A stretch of 64,000 nt of DNA, from positions 285,696,001-285,760,000 of the forward strand of contig OZ024742.1 of the NCBI GenBank assembly GCA_964016885.1, read 5' to 3'. This document shows, in pieces, positions 57,949-64,000 of this stretch; the stretch's first letter is position 1; every line of letters starts with the position of its first letter. The notes beneath the pieces were generated by a model. That model saw only the letters and a program-made list of their open reading frames with translations, made no database searches and was not told where the DNA came from. This stretch comes from Eledone cirrhosa. Taxonomy: Eukaryota. The translations under genes and the position numbers were made by a program.

Positions 57949-60052
57949 ACTTTGAATAACTTTGAATAACTTTGAAATGTTTTGGCCAGTATTGGCCCAG
58001 GCCATGTCTAACTTAATAGCACCACCTGGCGAAGTCTTTCAATTCAGGATTTGGGCACCATGGCCCATTCGAGAAGAGAATTACTGTTTGCGGAGACATA
58101 TCCGGGTGTGGGTGGTTTGTCCGGGATTACTTGGAGGAATTTGTCCAAAGACTTCTTGAATTTTGTGTGGTCAGTTTCTGTTTTGACGTGTCCTGGTGTG
58201 ATGTTGAAGAGAGCAGGGCCGATTGAGGTGAAATAATTGTGCCGTATTGTTGTTATGAGTTGCGATTTAGATTTTTGAATGGGACGGATAGCACGGGGCC
58301 CAAGCCTTGGGTGTATCTTGAAGGCGATGCCAACATCATTTGGGCAGTGATGATGGAACATTTTCCACATCATGCAGATAATATAACGCTCACGGCGACG
58401 TTGGAGTGAGTAAAGTTTCAGGTTTTCCAATCGACCCCAGTAGTCAAGGTCTGACATGCCATCTATCTTTTTCGTGATTGCCCTTTGAGGAGCTTCAAGT
58501 TTCATGATACTTTGTTTCGTGTGGGGAGACCACAGTGGACAACAGTATTCAAGGTGTGGTCGGGCGAAAGTAGAGAAGAGAAGGATAATGGTGCGGGAAT
58601 CTCTCGACTGGAAGGTTCTGAGGATCCAGGAACACATTCTGCGGGCCATGTCAACTTTGCTGCTTATATGCGTGGTCCAGCTTATGTTGCTGTCCACGGT
58701 TACTCCCAAGTCTCTGATGTTGTTAGATGCCACGAGAGTTTCCCCGGAGGGAAGGGAGTACGGGAGTTTCAGAGCATCCTCTTTTCCAAAGTGGATCAGT
58801 TCGAATTTGTCTTCGTTCAGTAACATGTTGTTCTTTTCTGCCCATTGGGTAACAGCCAGTAGGTCTGACTGAAGGCTTATCCGGTCATCCACGCCATTGA
58901 TGACCTTTTGGAGCTTGGAATCATCAGCGAAAATTTTAATGTTGCTGTGTTTGATGATGTCAGTGATGTCATTAATATAGATGATGAAGAGAAGTGGGCC
59001 CAACACAGTGCCTCGTGGGACTCCACTACTGACTTTGGCTGGGCTTGATTTGACTCCCTCAACTACAACATGTTGGGTTCTGTTTGACAGGAAGCTCTTG
59101 ATCCACTGCAGCAGCTTTCCAGTGACACCAATATTGGACAGCTTTCTCAGTAGAATGTTATGATCAACCCTGTCAAAGGCCTTGCTGAAATCAAGGTAGA
59201 TAACATCAGTGTTGGAACCCTCTCCCAAGGCTCTCAAAATGTCATCAAAGTGATGCAGTAGTTGCGTCAGGCAATCCCTTCCATTACGGAATCCATGCTG
59301 GTTGGAGTTCAGCATATTGTTACTCTCAAGGAAGTGGGTCATTCGCGATCTCACCACTCGCTCAAATACCTTAATGATATGAGAGGTGAGTGAGATTGGA
59401 CGGTAATTCACGGCAAGGGATTTGTTTCCCTTTTTGAAAACTGGGACAACAGACTGGGATAGAAGGTTTTCTGGCACATATCCAGCATCCAGTGAGTTCC
59501 GCCACAGATTGGCAAGAGGAGAAGCAAGTTGGTGTTGACACGCCTTCAAGACACAAGCAGGGAACCTATCGGGACCTACTGCTGAATTATGCTTGATTTC
59601 CTTTATTGCCGCCAAGACATCAGGGGCGCCAAACGTTATGTCCGATAAGGTGTAATGGGGAGTAACATCGCCGATACAGCCCAGATCGGCCATATCAGGA
59701 TTGCTGAAAACAGAGCAGTATTGTTTCTGCAGTATCTCACCCATGGTTTTAGCATTGTCTTGAAGAGTGCCATTTTCATCAATTAGAGGGCCAACAGTAG
59801 AGCCAGTGATTTTGTGTTTTTTTGCAAATGAAAAGAACACTTTGGGATTGAGTTTGATCTTCTCAATGGCCTAGGCCTCTTCAGCTCTTCTCTGATTGTT
59901 GATGAGGGACATTATGTTGTTTTGGAGGTTATGTTTTTTAATCTCTAGTGATGAAATGGCAGTCAAGTTGATGTGTTGCTGCTGACAGTATTTCAGCTTG
60001 TTGATTTTTTTGTTCGTTCTCTTAATTTTTCTGATGAGCGTTTTTCTATTTC
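57947..60052 (-). mobile_element. 5'-truncated CR1-group LINE with short tandem-repeat tail
   Basis: RT ORF; tail reads (ttcaaagtta)x3 on the - strand at 57947-57976. Confidence 0.88.
58044..59840 (-). CDS. CR1-type reverse transcriptase (598-aa open stretch, 5'-truncated)
   Basis: NYRPISLTS, QHGFRNGR, YLDFSKAFDRVDH, SGVPRGTVLGPLLFIIYIND, FADDSKL, RDLGV, RPHLEYC, LYSLQRRRER. The QG motif reads RG. Confidence 0.85.
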   Translation of the reverse strand: MFFSFAKKHKITGSTVGPLIDENGTLQDNAKTMGEILQKQYCSVFSNPDMADLGCIGDVTPHYTLSDITFGAPDVLAAIKEIKHNSAVGPDRFPACVLKACQHQLASPLANLWRNSLDAGYVPENLLSQSVVPVFKKGNKSLAVNYRPISLTSHIIKVFERVVRSRMTHFLESNNMLNSNQHGFRNGRDCLTQLLHHFDDILRALGEGSNTDVIYLDFSKAFDRVDHNILLRKLSNIGVTGKLLQWIKSFLSNRTQHVVVEGVKSSPAKVSSGVPRGTVLGPLLFIIYINDITDIIKHSNIKIFADDSKLQKVINGVDDRISLQSDLLAVTQWAEKNNMLLNEDKFELIHFGKEDALKLPYSLPSGETLVASNNIRDLGVTVDSNISWTTHISSKVDMARRMCSWILRTFQSRDSRTIILLFSTFARPHLEYCCPLWSPHTKQSIMKLEAPQRAITKKIDGMSDLDYWGRLENLKLYSLQRRRERYIICMMWKMFHHHCPNDVGIAFKIHPRLGPRAIRPIQKSKSQLITTIRHNYFTSIGPALFNITPGHVKTETDHTKFKKSLDKFLQVIPDKPPTPGYVSANSNSLLEWAMVPKS

Positions 60053-60065
60053 TATATATATATAT

Positions 60066-60265
60066 ATGAGTATTTTAAACTTTATTTTATCATGAGTTAA
60101 GGCTCTATTGATTTTTCCCTGGATTTCACTAAATTCTGTTGGATCAATCTATATCCTGATTCTTTTTGAGTTGAGTTTTGAATTATTTTTCCCACATCTT
60201 ACGTTAACTATTTTTTCCCATTTTGACGCTATAGTCACTTATATATTATGGAATACTGTTGGCTT
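60066..60265. repeat. ~200-bp segment present in inverted form at about 63493-63689
   Basis: atgagtattttaaactttattttatcatgagttaaggctc...ggaatactgttggctt versus its reverse complement at 63.5-63.7 kb. Confidence 0.8.
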
Positions 60266-60292
60266 TATGCTACAATATTTTCTATACCTTTC

Positions 60293-60331
<39 letters not shown>

Positions 60332-60822
60332 TAAAAAGAAAAGAAAATGCTGACAAATTGTTCCCAGTGATAAATAGTTTAATTAGGAATAAGTAAAAAT
60401 TAGTAATAGTATTGGTTAGTATTCAGTTTTGGTTTTAAGTTTTACCGGTTACGCATTTCTAATGCTTTTCAAAAATAATTTTGAGATAGAGCGCCCGTGA
60501 TGTTTGCTCTAATCTGATTAGTTTTGGAAATTCTACCTGTTTTATGTAAAAAAAAGTGGCTCCAGATGTATGAAAAAATTCTTGTGGTCAAAACAATTTT
60601 GATTGGTCGGTAGAGGTCATGTGAATGTTAAAAATTGATTTTGCGCCAAATGTAGGTTTGTCTCGGCTGATTGAGAAGTCACTGAAAAATAAGTCTTTCA
60701 AGACAAATATGTGTGTGTGTGTGTGTGTGTGTAGTAGTAGTAAAGAGGTTCGTTGTTGTGATAATGGTCAGCAGGGATGTGTGCGAACCGCAGCCTGTTG
60801 ACAGTTCAAATGTCTATTAAGA

Positions 60823-60875
<53 letters not shown>

Positions 60876-61047
60876 CAGAGTAATTCGTGGTAGAGGGATG
60901 GTCAGTAGGAATGTGTCTGTACGTGTGTGGGGGATATTTTAACATGTTAAAAGATATTTTTCAGCTCTTGTCTTATACGGAGAAGTGTGTGTGTGTGTGT
61001 GTGTATATGTCTCTTTGTATGTTAATGTACTCGTGTGTATGTGTGTG

Positions 61048-61147
<100 letters not shown>

Positions 61148-62562
61148 TGTGTGTGTGTGTGGGTGGACCAGTATTTTTTTGATACTGGTAAAAATGGTGT
61201 ACATTATTCGATATTTTCAGTAAAAACGATTCTCCCAATAGAACATCAAAAACCTTAATAATAAAAGGTGTTAAATGATATATAATATTGGCATAATACC
61301 AAGGTGTGTGTGAGTGTCCATATTGTACGTACTGCAAGGGGAATCCATTAGGCCTTGCCGTATTGGAATACTTGTGTACAAATATGTATGTGCCCATCAG
61401 TGTGCAATGCATGTGTGCGTATATGTATGTGTGTGTGTCGGCACGTTTATATCTATAGACATCAAAAGGTATGCAAATTTGTGTATATTTGTGTTGCACC
61501 ATAGAACATGTGTGTTTACGTATGTCATTGTGTTTATATGTGGATAGAGATGTATGCTGATGTAGGTATGTATGTTGACGTGTGTATGTTGTGGGTTCGT
61601 CTTAGGGAGAAGTGTTTAGACGGGGGTCCGTATTTGTTAATAAAGTGAGATTCCTTGCTGATGCGCTGGGTGTGGGTGGCATTATCTTTAAATTTGTAGA
61701 GGAGAAAGATTCTGAAGTTGGGATGATATATATATATATATATATATTAGCTATTGACCAGTTAATTTTATTGTTCATTTTTTGTCGATTCTATTAAATG
61801 ATGAATAGCTCCTGTTTATTTTAACATGTCTATTGAGCACTCTTATTCGATATGTGATTTCCCACATTACCGAATATCTTTCGCGGATATAGAGGTTATC
61901 TCCCTTGCTGGACACCATGTGCGTCTCAGCTAGGGTTAGTTTTTTTATTCGTTTGGACAAGGCCCGTTGATAAAGTATTCCGGTCCGCCGCTCTCTAGAA
62001 GTCTTATATATTTTTATGTGGGCTGATAGGGGGCGGATTAAGGAATTACAGAAACCCAAGAAGCTAGATTTACCATCTTTCTAGTGGGTCCGGGTAAGCT
62101 TTTTACATTCATATGATTTATTGATTTATTGATATTTTATCTGAGTGACCCGAATCTTCCTGATCGTAATTTTTCGGTCGCATGGGTGATTTTAGACATA
62201 ATCTTTGTGTGTTGGTATTTTAACGATAGTTATAGTTCTGATTTATCTGAATTATTGAGCCCTCTGCCACTCATGTCGAATTTGTTTATCGTAAACTCGT
62301 GAGCCGATTTTCCGATACTCGATTATTCTACTATATATATATATATACAAATATAAATTAGCGAGAATCGTATTTCGGCTATTGGAAATTAGCGAAAAAC
62401 AATTTCTGAGATGTGTGGCAAGCACTCAATATATTCTAACGAACCAGAGCTACAACATACATTGAAAGGCCAAATACACTGAGATGATGGTTAAACCATT
62501 ATCCGCACAACCATAAAAACGACCAAGTAATACGGGTCAAACAAGTAAAAAAATGTGATACA

Positions 62563-62598
<36 letters not shown>

Positions 62599-62944
62599 AT
62601 CATACATATATACACACGTACATACACACACATACATACACACATATATACATGCATACACACGCATACACAAATAGAGATATATGTACAGACACCTACA
62701 TAAGCACACACACAATTAATTATAAGAAAACATATCATAAAAATACCGTCACATAAGAATAAAAATAAATGTAAAAATTATTATAAAGTTGACAGCGATA
62801 CAGGAAACAAATAAATGAACAAACACACGTGGTAAGCAATACACACAATTGCACATAGATAAATAAAAATAAATACATACACACACACACACACACATAC
62901 ACATACATTTACATATACACATACATACACATACACATATACAT

Positions 62945-62975
<31 letters not shown>

Positions 62976-63085
62976 CACATATATATACATACATATACAC
63001 ACACACATACATATAAATACATACACACACATGTATGTGTGTAAAACTCATTCTTAGATGTATTCATTGAACGTTGTTTAACTCT

Positions 63086-63131
<46 letters not shown>

Positions 63132-64000
63132 CACACATATATACATGTGTGTGTATGTATGTATATATATATACATACACACATATATATATACATACAT
63201 ACACACACACACATATATATAAGAAAATACAAAAATATTATATATATATATAAAAATAAAAAGGTGAAAGGGGTAAACAAATAGTTGGGAATACGACAAA
63301 TAATAAATAAATAAATAATTAGAAAAGGGTATAAATGTTTATAGCTGATTTAGAGCACTCAACAAATTCCTGGAGCAAATGATCAATGAAAATAAGCATT
63401 AAATCACTGTATGTAATTATGCATATACATACACATACACATATACATATACAATTACATATAAATGAAAAGTATAGAAATTATTGCAGCAAGAAGCCAA
63501 CAGTATTCCATAATATATAAGTGACTATAGCGTCAAAATGGGAAAATAGTTAACGTAAGATGTGGGAAAAATAATTCAAACTCAATTCAAAAAGAATCAG
63601 GATATAGATTTATCCAACAGAATTTAGTGAAATCCAGGGAAAAATCAATAGAGCCTTAACTCATGATAAAATAAAGTTTAAAATACTCATCCTTCAATTT
63701 GGAACAACTAAAAATGTTCTGTATAGGCTTGAAAAAACTATTTCACGAAAACTTTCAGTGGGGATGGTCACGGTTGGAATTCGATCATCAGCAGAGCTCA
63801 ACATGATAACCAAAATCTCACTGATTAATATGCCAAAAAAGGAATTTAAAAGCAGGCTAGTTTAACATCATGCGTGATTATGAAAATAAAACGCACATGT
63901 GGAAAACCAGGACTGGTGACGTCAGAATGAGACGAATGTTTGTTTACATGAAACAACAGTCAAAAACATTCCGAAAAACATTCTACAATAAGGAGTTCAG

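Noticed and set aside
61180-62330. Coding remnants on either strand
   Set aside because: Complex sequence, but I could not read any diagnostic motif.

Overview
AT-rich, microsatellite-saturated eukaryotic non-genic DNA. The SINE and RTE families suggest an octopod cephalopod, which is an inference. No host protein-coding exon is recognisable, and most listed ORFs are translated (TA)n/(CA)n/(GA)n. The window is a nest of transposons. It holds a near-complete Penelope-like element (PLE) with direct pseudo-LTRs at 4.8-9.8 kb, further PLE copies from at least three families (two folded back into large inverted repeats at 18.8-21.3 kb and 21.5-28.7 kb), and a Rep-less Helitron with a Pif1-like helicase. 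It also holds a near full-length RTE LINE tail-to-tail with a CR1-type LINE, other LINE fragments, Tc1/mariner remnants, MITEs and many SINEs. The main hidden structure is more than 20 minimal type I hammerhead-ribozyme motifs, read by eye on both strands, from about 10 sequence families. They include U3-A8 compensatory core variants, one with a 114-nt stem II, and a non-coding hammerhead mini-element that forms palindromes. That mini-element has seeded a homogeneous 22 x 71-bp tandem array (43.5-45.06 kb) whose unit ends at the CUGANGA catalytic box. All RNA folds are by-eye predictions and no activity is shown.
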